From Planctomycetota bacterium (GTDB lineage: Bacteria > Planctomycetota > B15-G4): a stretch of 64,000 nt of DNA. The DNA is taken from assembly GCA_038212275.1 (NCBI GenBank), contig JBBQUR010000001.1, forward strand, positions 306,890 to 370,889. Direction: 5' to 3'. The notes under the pieces are model-generated. The model made no database searches. It saw only the letters and a program-made list of their open reading frames with translations, and had not been told where the DNA came from. Positions 29,675 through 38,524 of the stretch are shown piece by piece; position 1 is the stretch's first letter, and each line of letters begins with the position of its first letter. A program made the translations under genes and the position numbers.

Positions 29675-31227
29675 CTGCCGAAGCGGATGCCCTGCGCGAG
29701 TGGCAGGGAGTCCGTGCCGTTGATGGTGCAGGTCTGCCGGCGCATGTAGGCCTTCCAGGAGTCGCTGCCGGCTTCCCGGCCTCCGCCCGTGTCCTTCTCG
29801 CCGCCGAAGGCACCGCCGATCTCCGCGCCGCTCGTCCCGATGTTCACGTTTGCGATGCCGCAGTCGCTGCCGGCGGCCGAGAGGAAACGCTCGGCCGACT
29901 GCAGGCCCGACGTGAAGACGGCGCTCGACAGCCCCTGGGGCACGTTGTTGTTGGCTGCGATGGCCTCGTCGAGATCCTTGACCGTGACGAGGTAGAGCAG
30001 CGGCCCGAAGGTTTCATCGCAGAGCAGCGGCATGTCGTGCGGGACCGACGCGATGGTGGGCTGCATGAAGTAGCCGCCCTTCGCGCCGCGCACGGCGGCC
30101 CGCTCTCCACCGCACAGGATGGTGCCACCCTGCTGCTTGACGACAGCGACGGCAGCGAGCACGTTGTCCAGCGCCGCCTGGCTGGCGAGCGGCCCCATGA
30201 GGGTGTCCTTCTTGAGCGGGTCGCCGATGCGGACCTGCGCGTAGGCCTCGACCAGTCTCCGCGTGAAATCCTTCGCGATGCCCTGCTGAAGGAAGACCCG
30301 GCGCGTGCTCGTGCAGCGCTGGCCTGCCGTGCCGACGGCTCCGAAGAGCACGGCGCGGAGCGCCAGCTCCAGGTTGGCGTCATCCATGATGGCCAGGCCG
30401 TTGTTGCCGCCGAGCTCGAGCAAGGTTCGTCCGAGGCGCTCGCCGACCACGGAGGCGACGCGTCGCCCCATGCGCACGGAGCCGGTGGCCGAGATGAGCG
30501 GCAGGCGTCGGTCCGCCAGCATGGCCTCGCCGACGGGCTGCACGTCCCCGGCGCAGAGGCAGAACACGCCGCCGAATCCGGCCTCCTCCATGATCGGGTT
30601 CACGATGTTCTGCACCGCGACGGCGCAGAGCGGTGTCAGCGGCGACGGCTTCCAGATGACCGTGTCCCCGCAGACCGCCGCGACGAAGGCGTTCCAGGCC
30701 CAGACGGCGACCGGGAAGTTGAAGGCCGTGATGATGCCCACGGGTCCGAGGGGGTGCCATTGCTCGAACATGCGATGGCCGGGCCGCTCGCTGTGCATGG
30801 AGAGTCCGTAGAGCTGGCGCGAAAGTCCCACCGAGAAGTCGGCGATGTCGATCATCTCCTGCACTTCGCCGAGGCCTTCCGGGAGGATCTTGCCCATCTC
30901 CAGCGACACGAGCCGCCCGAGATCTTCCTTGTGCGCGCGCAACGCGTCGCCGCAGCGGCGCACGAGTTCACCGCGGAGCGGCGCCGGATGACTTCTCCAG
31001 CGCTGAAAGCTTTCCTGCGCGGCATCAACACATGCCTCGTAGTCGGCCTCGCCGCCCTGGACGACCATGCCGAGCGGTGTCCCCGTCGCGGGATTGTGCG
31101 ACACGACGGCGGACCCCGAGGGCCGACGGAGCCAGCGTCCGGCGTAGACTCCCGACTGTCCGGTCTTGCCCGTGGATAGGCTGTCGACGGAGGCTGTCAG
31201 ACCCAGGCGGTCGAAGAGGTCGTCCAT
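29671..31227 (-). CDS. Aldehyde dehydrogenase, family 7 (antiquitin / piperideine-6-carboxylate dehydrogenase-like)
   Basis: GEVQEMIDIADF.VGLSRQ, ITAFNFPVAVWAWN, LELGGNN, GTAGQRCT, ETFGP, GAEIGGAFGGEK.TGGGRE.GSDSWK. Confidence 0.93.
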   Translation of the reverse strand: MDDLFDRLGLTASVDSLSTGKTGQSGVYAGRWLRRPSGSAVVSHNPATGTPLGMVVQGGEADYEACVDAAQESFQRWRSHPAPLRGELVRRCGDALRAHKEDLGRLVSLEMGKILPEGLGEVQEMIDIADFSVGLSRQLYGLSMHSERPGHRMFEQWHPLGPVGIITAFNFPVAVWAWNAFVAAVCGDTVIWKPSPLTPLCAVAVQNIVNPIMEEAGFGGVFCLCAGDVQPVGEAMLADRRLPLISATGSVRMGRRVASVVGERLGRTLLELGGNNGLAIMDDANLELALRAVLFGAVGTAGQRCTSTRRVFLQQGIAKDFTRRLVEAYAQVRIGDPLKKDTLMGPLASQAALDNVLAAVAVVKQQGGTILCGGERAAVRGAKGGYFMQPTIASVPHDMPLLCDETFGPLLYLVTVKDLDEAIAANNNVPQGLSSAVFTSGLQSAERFLSAAGSDCGIANVNIGTSGAEIGGAFGGEKDTGGGREAGSDSWKAYMRRQTCTINGTDSLPLAQGIRFGS

Positions 31228-31299
31228 CGATTCACGATCACCGAGGAGAAGAGGCGTGCGCGGAAGGGCGGGCAGGATACCAAGCAGCGCAGCACGCTC

Positions 31300-32886
31300 G
31301 TGAGGCACCATCGGGTGCCCATCGGGAACCTGCTGGCGCTTGCATGCATTCTGCTCGCGACGGCTTGCGTGGAGCCGCCTCGCGTGTCCTTGCGGACGGC
31401 GCACGGCACGGTGTCCGCCGACGACACGCCGGCCGCGCGTGAACTGGCGGCGATGCTCATCGACCTCCAGCCGCGCGTCCGGGAGCTGCTTCCGGGCAAT
31501 CGCGACAGGATCACGGACGTGCGCCTGGACCCCGGCTTGATCCCGGAGGACCTGCTCCGCCAGCAGGGGGTCGTCGCGCAGACGGAGTTGAGCACCGGGC
31601 GCATTCTCATCGGCGGCGGCGCCTTCGGGGTCGGGAACGACTTCCTGCTGGCCCACGAACTGGTGCACGCACTCATGGACGACAGCTGGGATCCTCTGCC
31701 CGCGATCATGAAGGAGGGCCTCTGCGATGCGATCGCGTGTCAGGTCGTGCCGGCTGACGCGGCGCAGGTCAGGGCATTGCGGATGTTCGGCGCGCGCTTC
31801 GCTTTCGGCGAGCAGCAGATCGACCTGGCGGTGACGGAGCCGTCCTTCGGAGCACGACTTGGCGTGACCGTGCGCGTGGCCGTGTCGGAGTCATCCTCAC
31901 GCGATCCCGTCGAAGCACTGTCGCTGGGCGGACACGGTGTCCGCCTGCACGACGAGTTTCATGATGCGGACGTGCTCTACGGTTACGGACTCCTGATCGT
32001 GGAACGCGCGATCGCCCGCATCGGGATCGACGGGCTGCACGTCCTGTGCCTGCGGAGCCGCGCCGAAGGACGTTCGCTGCTCACGATCGACGAGGTCCTC
32101 GCGGCGGCTGATCTGGACACCAGCGTGCTGGCATGGCGGGACGCACTGGCGGGGGCTGTCGGTCCGGCCGAACTGCAGGCGCTCACCGAGCAACTCGGCG
32201 TGCGTCTGGCTGACGCCGTGGTCACCAATCTCCGCTATCGCTATGCGGATTTCTCGGCGGACGATTTCCTGGATCAGGCGGACGCGAGTCTCGCCTTGCG
32301 CGGTGGTTCCGCCGAACTGCCCCTGGCGCTGCTGCCGGACCTGACGGAGCACGTGGTGGCCGCGTGGGACGCCGCGCAACCGCAGGCGTTGCGCCCCGGC
32401 GAGATCCAGGTGCATGGCGATCGCGACGGCGTGCACCTTGGCCTGTTTGGAAACGTGGACGACCTCGGCGGCTGCACGTTGCAATGGTTGCGGATGTCGA
32501 CGACCGTGCTGGAGCCGCGGCACGCCCTCAGCGTGGCTGTGAGTGATGTGTCGCTCGTGCCGGAAAGCGCGGAGGTGGAGGCCCACCTGCGTTTCCAGCG
32601 CAGTGACGAGGGCGTGTGCCTCGTCTCATCCCGCCCAGGCCGCTTCGAGCAATATCGCGTGGAAGTGCACGGTGTCGTGGTGGCGGACCTGGAGTGGGGG
32701 CTGAACGTCGGTGTCGAGCGGGACGAGCACGGCTGGACCATGATCACGAGCCACCTCGACCCCTCCCTGCAGTTGGAGGACGCCGTGCTCTACGGCTCGC
32801 ATGCCAACGTGCTCGTCTCGCTGCGCGCGAGTGACGGCGTGGAAGGCGAATTCCGCTATCCTCTGTCGATTCCGCTGCAGCGCTGA
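31300..32886 (+). CDS. Hypothetical lipoprotein with gluzincin-type HExxH..E motif
   Basis: LATAC lipobox; AHELVHALM...P.IMKEGLC; the rest is not recognised. Confidence 0.65.
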   Translation: MRHHRVPIGNLLALACILLATACVEPPRVSLRTAHGTVSADDTPAARELAAMLIDLQPRVRELLPGNRDRITDVRLDPGLIPEDLLRQQGVVAQTELSTGRILIGGGAFGVGNDFLLAHELVHALMDDSWDPLPAIMKEGLCDAIACQVVPADAAQVRALRMFGARFAFGEQQIDLAVTEPSFGARLGVTVRVAVSESSSRDPVEALSLGGHGVRLHDEFHDADVLYGYGLLIVERAIARIGIDGLHVLCLRSRAEGRSLLTIDEVLAAADLDTSVLAWRDALAGAVGPAELQALTEQLGVRLADAVVTNLRYRYADFSADDFLDQADASLALRGGSAELPLALLPDLTEHVVAAWDAAQPQALRPGEIQVHGDRDGVHLGLFGNVDDLGGCTLQWLRMSTTVLEPRHALSVAVSDVSLVPESAEVEAHLRFQRSDEGVCLVSSRPGRFEQYRVEVHGVVVADLEWGLNVGVERDEHGWTMITSHLDPSLQLEDAVLYGSHANVLVSLRASDGVEGEFRYPLSIPLQR

Positions 32887-32977
32887 GCTCCGCGTGTCCT
32901 CACACGGGCCGCTGCGGCGGCACCTCGGCTGGCGGACCGGCTGGCGGACAGGCGACGCAGCCACACACTCGTCACGC

Positions 32978-33209
32978 CGGCTCCGCATGAACTTCACGGA
33001 GCCGCACTAGAGTCCGGCCTTGTTCCACGGGTGACCAGCCGCCGACGTCCGTTCGGGGTACGTGGGAAAGACAGGCCTTCGCTCGAGCCGCCACGCGCAT
33101 CTGGCTCGCGACCTCCTTTCCCTGGCGGTTGGCGCCAGCGGGGCGATGAGAGAGATCGAGACGGCTAGGGAGCCTCCGGCGACCATTCGGGGTCCGCCGG
33201 AGGCTCCCT
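32978..33209 (+). other. Hairpin-rich intergenic region, candidate structured RNA or leader
   Basis: Stems 32978-85/32997-33004, 33016-29/33061-77, 33084-89/33103-08, 33122-27/33133-38 and a perfect 15-bp IR 33167-81/33195-209; strand assumed from flanking genes. Confidence 0.4.
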
Positions 33210-33327
33210 GACTCTCCGGACCTCCCGACGTGCCGATCCCGACGCGCCGGTGCTGCCGCCGGGCGCTCCGTGAGCCACGGCAGCCAGCGGATTCCATTCC
33301 ATGTCCGTTCACGCGACACTGGGAGCC

Positions 33328-34044
33328 ATGCGCCCAATCCACAGCATTCTGATCGCCGAAGACGATGCCGACATCGCCAACCTCGTGCGGCTGCATCTCG
33401 AACGCGCCGGATACCTCGTGACTCGTGCCGCCGATGGCCGCCAGGCCGTCAAGCGCTTCGACGAGGGCGAGTATGACCTGGTGATTCTCGACCTCATGCT
33501 GCCTCACCTGGACGGCATGGAAGTCTGTCGGCACATCCGCAACGCCGAAGAGCGCTACGTTCCGGTGCTCATGCTCACGGCGAAGTCGGAGGAGGCCAAC
33601 AAGGTCGCAGGTCTCGAGATGGGCGCCGACGACTACGTCACGAAGCCCTTCTCGGTGGAGGAACTTCTCGCCCGCGTGAAGGCCATCGGTCGCCGCGTGC
33701 AGATGCTGAGCAAGCTCAAGGACGAGTCATCCGAGCAGACCCTCGCCTTCGGAGACCTCGTGGTGGACCTCACCAAGCGCATCGCGCTGCGTGACGGTGA
33801 GGACCTGAAACTCACGCAGAAGGAATTCGAGATCCTGCGCGTGCTGGCGCTGGCACCCGGCCGTCCGTTCTCGCGGCGCGCCCTCTGCGAGCGCGCAGGA
33901 GTCGAGAGCTTCGACGGGACGGACCGGACCATCGACACGCACATCAAGCGCCTGCGCTCCAAGCTGGAAGAGGATCGCAACCGGCCCGTGTACGTCCTCA
34001 CCGTCTGGGGCTTCGGCTACAAGCTCACCGACAAGTTCTGCTGA
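33328..34044 (+). CDS. OmpR/PhoB family response regulator
   Basis: AEDD, ILDLMLP..DG, LMLTAK, GADDYVTKPF, LT.KEF, RTIDTHIKRLRSK, TVWGFGYK. Confidence 0.95.
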   Translation: MRPIHSILIAEDDADIANLVRLHLERAGYLVTRAADGRQAVKRFDEGEYDLVILDLMLPHLDGMEVCRHIRNAEERYVPVLMLTAKSEEANKVAGLEMGADDYVTKPFSVEELLARVKAIGRRVQMLSKLKDESSEQTLAFGDLVVDLTKRIALRDGEDLKLTQKEFEILRVLALAPGRPFSRRALCERAGVESFDGTDRTIDTHIKRLRSKLEEDRNRPVYVLTVWGFGYKLTDKFC

Positions 34045-34053
34045 CGCCCTCCC

Positions 34054-35097
34054 GTGCCTCCCTCCGGTCGCTCCCGCGCGCTGCTCTGGACGATCACGCT
34101 TTCGCTGGCCGCCGGTCTGCTGCTCTTCAAGCTGATCGAGCACCTCCTGCAGCGTCTCGACCTCGGTGGTGGCGTGGCGTCGGCGCTGGCCGGTGCGGTG
34201 GCGCTGGTCGCGGTGCTCATGCTGATCCAGGTGAGCGTGCTGCGACGCCTGCAGCGTCTGAACGCGGCGTTGCAGCAGGTGGCGGGAGGCGACCTCGGAC
34301 GGGCGCTGCCGCGCAGTCGCGATGACGAGATCGGCGAGTTGACCGCCAGCATCAGCGCGATGGTGGCCACGCTGCGCAGCAACTACGAGGACCTGAAGAA
34401 GAACGACGAACTCCGGCGACGCCTCATCGCCAACGTGAGTCATGAACTCCGCACGCCGCTGACTTCGATTCAGGGCTACCTGGAGACGGCGCGACTGGCA
34501 GGCGCGGAGAGTCCCGATTTCGCGCGCAACCTGGAGATCTGTCATCGCGAGACGCGCAAGCTCTCGCGCCTGGTGCAGGACCTCTTCGAACTCTCCAAGC
34601 TCGACACGAAGCACCTCGAGTTCCACTTCGAGACCGTCCCGCTCGTCGAACTGGCCGACCAGGTGGGGCTCGCCTTCGAGCAGCGCATGACGGACAAGGA
34701 AATCCGCTTCGAGACGCGCTTTCCGGATGACCCGCTCGAGGTCTGGGGCGACGGCAACCGGCTGGGGCAGGTGATCACCAACCTCCTCGGCAACGCCGTG
34801 GTGTTCACGGAGCCCGGCGGGACCATCACGCTGAGCTGCACGCGCCGTGATCGCATGGCCGTGCTCGACGTGAGCGACACGGGCGTCGGCATCCCGGAGA
34901 AGGATCAGCCCCACATCTTCGAAAGCTTCTTTCACCTCGAGAAGTCGCGGACGCGGAATCTCGGCGGCACGGGCCTGGGACTTGCCATCTGCAAGGCCAT
35001 TGTCGAGGCGCACGGCGGGAGCATCAGCGTGTCGAGCCGCATCGGCGAGGGCACCACCTTCACGGTGGAACTTGCCCTTTCGCCGTCGGCGACCTGA
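34054..35097 (+). CDS. Sensor histidine kinase (2 TM-HAMP-HisKA-HATPase) without periplasmic sensor domain
   Basis: DEIGEL HAMP, NVSHELRTPL H-box, NLLGNA, DTGVGI, GTGLGLAI. Confidence 0.93.
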   Translation: MPPSGRSRALLWTITLSLAAGLLLFKLIEHLLQRLDLGGGVASALAGAVALVAVLMLIQVSVLRRLQRLNAALQQVAGGDLGRALPRSRDDEIGELTASISAMVATLRSNYEDLKKNDELRRRLIANVSHELRTPLTSIQGYLETARLAGAESPDFARNLEICHRETRKLSRLVQDLFELSKLDTKHLEFHFETVPLVELADQVGLAFEQRMTDKEIRFETRFPDDPLEVWGDGNRLGQVITNLLGNAVVFTEPGGTITLSCTRRDRMAVLDVSDTGVGIPEKDQPHIFESFFHLEKSRTRNLGGTGLGLAICKAIVEAHGGSISVSSRIGEGTTFTVELALSPSAT

Positions 35098-35393
35098 GTC
35101 CGGTCCGAGTCCGGCCGGCGCGCGACCGGTGGAGGGGCGGCACGCGACGGAGGCACGGTCCGGGCACGGCCCCGGCGGCAGGCAAGGCGCCGCAAGCCGG
35201 GGCCAGACTGCGCGGCCTGCACCGAGGTGTCGTCGGGAACGCACGAGAACTGCACCGGCATCGCACGGGGGCGCACCGGCCTCGCACCGGGGGGCTCGGC
35301 GGCACCGATCCGGGGAGATTGTCGATCATGCGAGAAGGGATATAGACTGCGGACGCTTGGGCCCGATCCCTTGTGCTCCGCACAGGGAACCCC

Positions 35394-37286
35394 ATGATTC
35401 CACCGTTTCGTGCGCAGTCGACGGTCGCGACGCTGCCGCTTTGCCTACTGATCGGGTGCACTCAGGAGAGCGAGTCCCCGGCCCGCGACGACGTCCACTC
35501 CGCGAAGGCCGTGGCGACGCGCCCCGCTGATGCGAGCCAGCCCCTCGGCGCTGACAAGACGCATCCCGGCCCGCACTTCTCGATCGACGACGGCGCGTGC
35601 GGCATCACGCACCGCAATCTGTCGGGCCCGACGGCGGAACAGGGCAAGCGCTACCTGCTCGATTGCATCGGCCCGGGCATCGCCGTGCTGGACGCGGATG
35701 GCGACGGCCGGCTCGATCTCTACTTCGCGCAGGGGCGCGCGGCCGACCTGCCGGACGGTGGCGACTGCGCGAACCGCCTCTACCTCAACCTCGGGGGTCG
35801 CCGTTTCGCTGAGCACGGCGCCGACGCCGGCGTGGCGGACCGCGGCTACGGTTTCGGCGCACTCGCTTTCGACTTCGACAACGACGGCGACAGCGACCTG
35901 CTCGTCACGAATCACGGCCCCAACGTGCTCTACCGGAATGATGGCGGCCGATTCACCGACGTCACGGCGGAGCATCCCGGCATGGCAGGCGGCGCGGAGG
36001 ACTGGTCCACAGGCGCGGCCGCAGCGGACGTCGATGGCGACGGTGACCTCGATCTCTACGTGTGCAATTACCTGCGGCACGACGCCTCCGACCTGGATCG
36101 CAGGGGACTCTGCCGATTCATGACCGAGTGCCACGTGCCTTGCGGACCGCTCGGGCTCGATGCCCAGGCCGACGTTTTCTTCCGCAACGGCGGCCCGCCG
36201 GACTACCGCTACACGGAGGCCTCGGTCGACGCCGGACTTGCGCACGCGCCGAGTTACGGCTTCCAGCCCGTGTTCAGCGACGTGGACGGCGACGGCGACC
36301 TCGACCTCTACGTGAGCAACGACAGCGTGCCGAACTTCCTCTTCGTCAACGACGGCAGCGGCCGGTTCACCGAGGTCGGACTCGTCGCCGGCGTCGCGTG
36401 CAGCAACGCGGGACTCGCGGAGGCGGGGATGGGCGTCGCGTGCGGTGACCTGCAAGGCGATGGCCTGCCGGAGTTCTACGTCACGAACTTCTCCACGCAG
36501 CTGAACTCGCTGTACGTGAATCGCACGAGACCCGGAGGACCGCCCTGGTTCGACGAGCAGGCCAAGCCCGTCGGCGTCGGCGGCCCGACGCTCTTCAAGC
36601 TGTCCTGGGGCTGCGCCATCGCGGACTTCGACAACGACGGCGTTCCGGACATCTTCTGCAGCAACGGCCACGTCTACCCGCAGGTGGACGACTGCCGACC
36701 CTCCGAGATCGTGTATCGCCAGCCCTGCAATCTCTTCGCCGGCGTCGCCGGGCCGCGCCTGCGATTCACGGACGCGAGCGCGGACGCCGGCGCACTGACC
36801 ACTGTGCCGGACAGCCATCGCAGCTGCGTCGTCGCCGATCTGGACGACGATGGTCGCCTCGACCTCGTCGTGAACCGGCTCGACGAGTCGCCGCTGGTGG
36901 CGTGGAACGACACGCCCGCGAGCGGACACTGGCTGGCGCTGCAATTGCAGCTTCCCGGCGCGACTCCCGAGGCACCCGGCCATGCGGCTGTGGGGGCGCA
37001 CATCCTGGCGCGTGCTGGCGATCGGCGCTGGAGCGCGGAGGTGCACTGCGGGAGCAGCTTCCTGTCCACGGAGGATCTGCGCGTGCATCTCGGGCTCGGC
37101 GACACGGCCATGCTCGACGAGCTGCTCGTGCACTTCGCGAACGGTGCCGCCATGCGCATGGAGAACGTGGCGGTCGATCGGGTGCTGGTCCTTCGCTCCC
37201 CTTCTCCCGTGCCGGCCGGCGGGGCCGCTCCCGCTCCGGACGCGGCCACCGCGGACGCCGATGCCGCCGGCAAGGGTCCGCCATGA
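35394..37286 (+). CDS. CRTAC1 family FG-GAP / ASPIC-UnbV lipoprotein
   Basis: Repeated D.D.DG..DL motifs; C-terminal GSSFLS..D.RVHLGLG; LIGC lipobox. Confidence 0.9.
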   Translation: MIPPFRAQSTVATLPLCLLIGCTQESESPARDDVHSAKAVATRPADASQPLGADKTHPGPHFSIDDGACGITHRNLSGPTAEQGKRYLLDCIGPGIAVLDADGDGRLDLYFAQGRAADLPDGGDCANRLYLNLGGRRFAEHGADAGVADRGYGFGALAFDFDNDGDSDLLVTNHGPNVLYRNDGGRFTDVTAEHPGMAGGAEDWSTGAAAADVDGDGDLDLYVCNYLRHDASDLDRRGLCRFMTECHVPCGPLGLDAQADVFFRNGGPPDYRYTEASVDAGLAHAPSYGFQPVFSDVDGDGDLDLYVSNDSVPNFLFVNDGSGRFTEVGLVAGVACSNAGLAEAGMGVACGDLQGDGLPEFYVTNFSTQLNSLYVNRTRPGGPPWFDEQAKPVGVGGPTLFKLSWGCAIADFDNDGVPDIFCSNGHVYPQVDDCRPSEIVYRQPCNLFAGVAGPRLRFTDASADAGALTTVPDSHRSCVVADLDDDGRLDLVVNRLDESPLVAWNDTPASGHWLALQLQLPGATPEAPGHAAVGAHILARAGDRRWSAEVHCGSSFLSTEDLRVHLGLGDTAMLDELLVHFANGAAMRMENVAVDRVLVLRSPSPVPAGGAAPAPDAATADADAAGKGPP

Positions 37287-38389
37287 GCGCACGACGGATC
37301 CTGCTCGCCGTGGCGGCGTGTCTGCTGGTCACGGCGGGGACCTTCGCCCAGCAGGACAAGGTGTTCGACCAGGCCAGGTCGCTGCGCAGGTCAGGGCAGC
37401 CCGGAGCCGCCGCCGCGCTACTCGCCGCGGCCATCGAGCGCCACGGCCGGGACGAGCGCCTTGCCGGCTTGCGGGGACTGTGTCTGCTCGATGACCGTCG
37501 AGTGCCGGAAGCACGCGTGCTGGCCGCGCCCTTCGCAGGCTACGCCGGTCGCGAGCCGCGCGTGCACGTCCTGCTCGGCCGCCTCGCGCAGGCGGACGCG
37601 AACGCCGAGTCGGCGATCGCATCCTTTCGCGCCGCGCTCGCGCTCGAGCCGGCTTTCGTGGAGGCGTACGCGTGCCTCATCCAGGTGGCGATGTCGACGC
37701 GACAGTTCGAACTGGCTGCCGAGGAAGCCGGGCGACTGGAAGCCATTCAGCCCGAACTGGGACGCTCGCTCGGTGCGGACGCGCTGGTCGCGCAGGCGCA
37801 GGTGATCCGCAGCGCAGCCGACGAGCAGTTCGGCTACGCCATCGAGAAGTACGAGGCTGCGCTCGTCAAGCGGCCTGGTGATCGCGCCATCGCGCGCGCG
37901 TTGCTCGACTGCATGATCGACTACTTCCGCATCGAGTCGGCGCGCGCGCTGTCCGCGTCGATCTTCTCGGAGGATCGGGACGCGGCCGAGCGCCACTACT
38001 ACGAGGGCCGCTGTCTCGACGCGCTCGCGGATCCGCCGGGCGCGCTGGCCGAGTATCGCGCCGCGCTCGCGTCCGATGCCGGCCATGTGGCGGCGCGGCA
38101 CCAGATCGCCCGCCTTGCGATCGAGGACGGCCGCTTCGAGGAGGCGCGCGAGCAACTTGCGCTCGCCGCGGCGGCCGGACCCGTGAGCGCGCGCTCGTGC
38201 CTGCTTCTCGGCCTCGCGGAGGAAGGCCTCGGCCACGACGTGCAGAGCGAGGCTGCCCTGCGGGAATCCGTGAGCCTCGACCCGGGAAACAACAAGGCGC
38301 TGTATCACCTTGGCAGGCTGCTGGTGCGGACGGGCCGGGGCTCGGAAGGTGAGGCCTTGCTCGCCCGAGTGAACACCGGCCCCCGATAG
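37283..38389 (+). CDS. Exported TPR protein
   Basis: Signal peptide MSARRILLAVAACLLV; multiple TPRs; ATGA overlap with the CRTAC1 gene. Confidence 0.85.
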   Translation: MSARRILLAVAACLLVTAGTFAQQDKVFDQARSLRRSGQPGAAAALLAAAIERHGRDERLAGLRGLCLLDDRRVPEARVLAAPFAGYAGREPRVHVLLGRLAQADANAESAIASFRAALALEPAFVEAYACLIQVAMSTRQFELAAEEAGRLEAIQPELGRSLGADALVAQAQVIRSAADEQFGYAIEKYEAALVKRPGDRAIARALLDCMIDYFRIESARALSASIFSEDRDAAERHYYEGRCLDALADPPGALAEYRAALASDAGHVAARHQIARLAIEDGRFEEAREQLALAAAAGPVSARSCLLLGLAEEGLGHDVQSEAALRESVSLDPGNNKALYHLGRLLVRTGRGSEGEALLARVNTGPR

Positions 38390-38519
38390 CGACCGCCCCG
38401 ATCACGACCCGCGCGACGACGACCCGCGCGACGACGACCCGCGCGATGGCAACCCGCTCGATGAAGACCAGCGCGATGAAGAGCAGCGCGACGGTAAGCA
38501 GCGCGATGACGACCAGCCC
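38385..38519. repeat. Degenerate 15-bp tandem repeat x9 (consensus GAYGACGACCMGCGC)
   Basis: Units start every 15 nt from 38385; one + frame reads DSDRP DHDPR DDDPR DDDPR DGNPL DEDQR DEEQR DGKQR DDDQP. Confidence 0.85.
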
Positions 38520-38524
38520 GGAAC

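Noticed and set aside
33167..33209. 15-bp hairpin as a classical intrinsic terminator or MITE end
   Set aside because: No U-tract on either strand and no second copy or target-site duplication seen; kept only as part of the structured-region finding
38385..38519. Possible CRISPR array
   Set aside because: Contiguous degenerate 15-bp units without unique spacers
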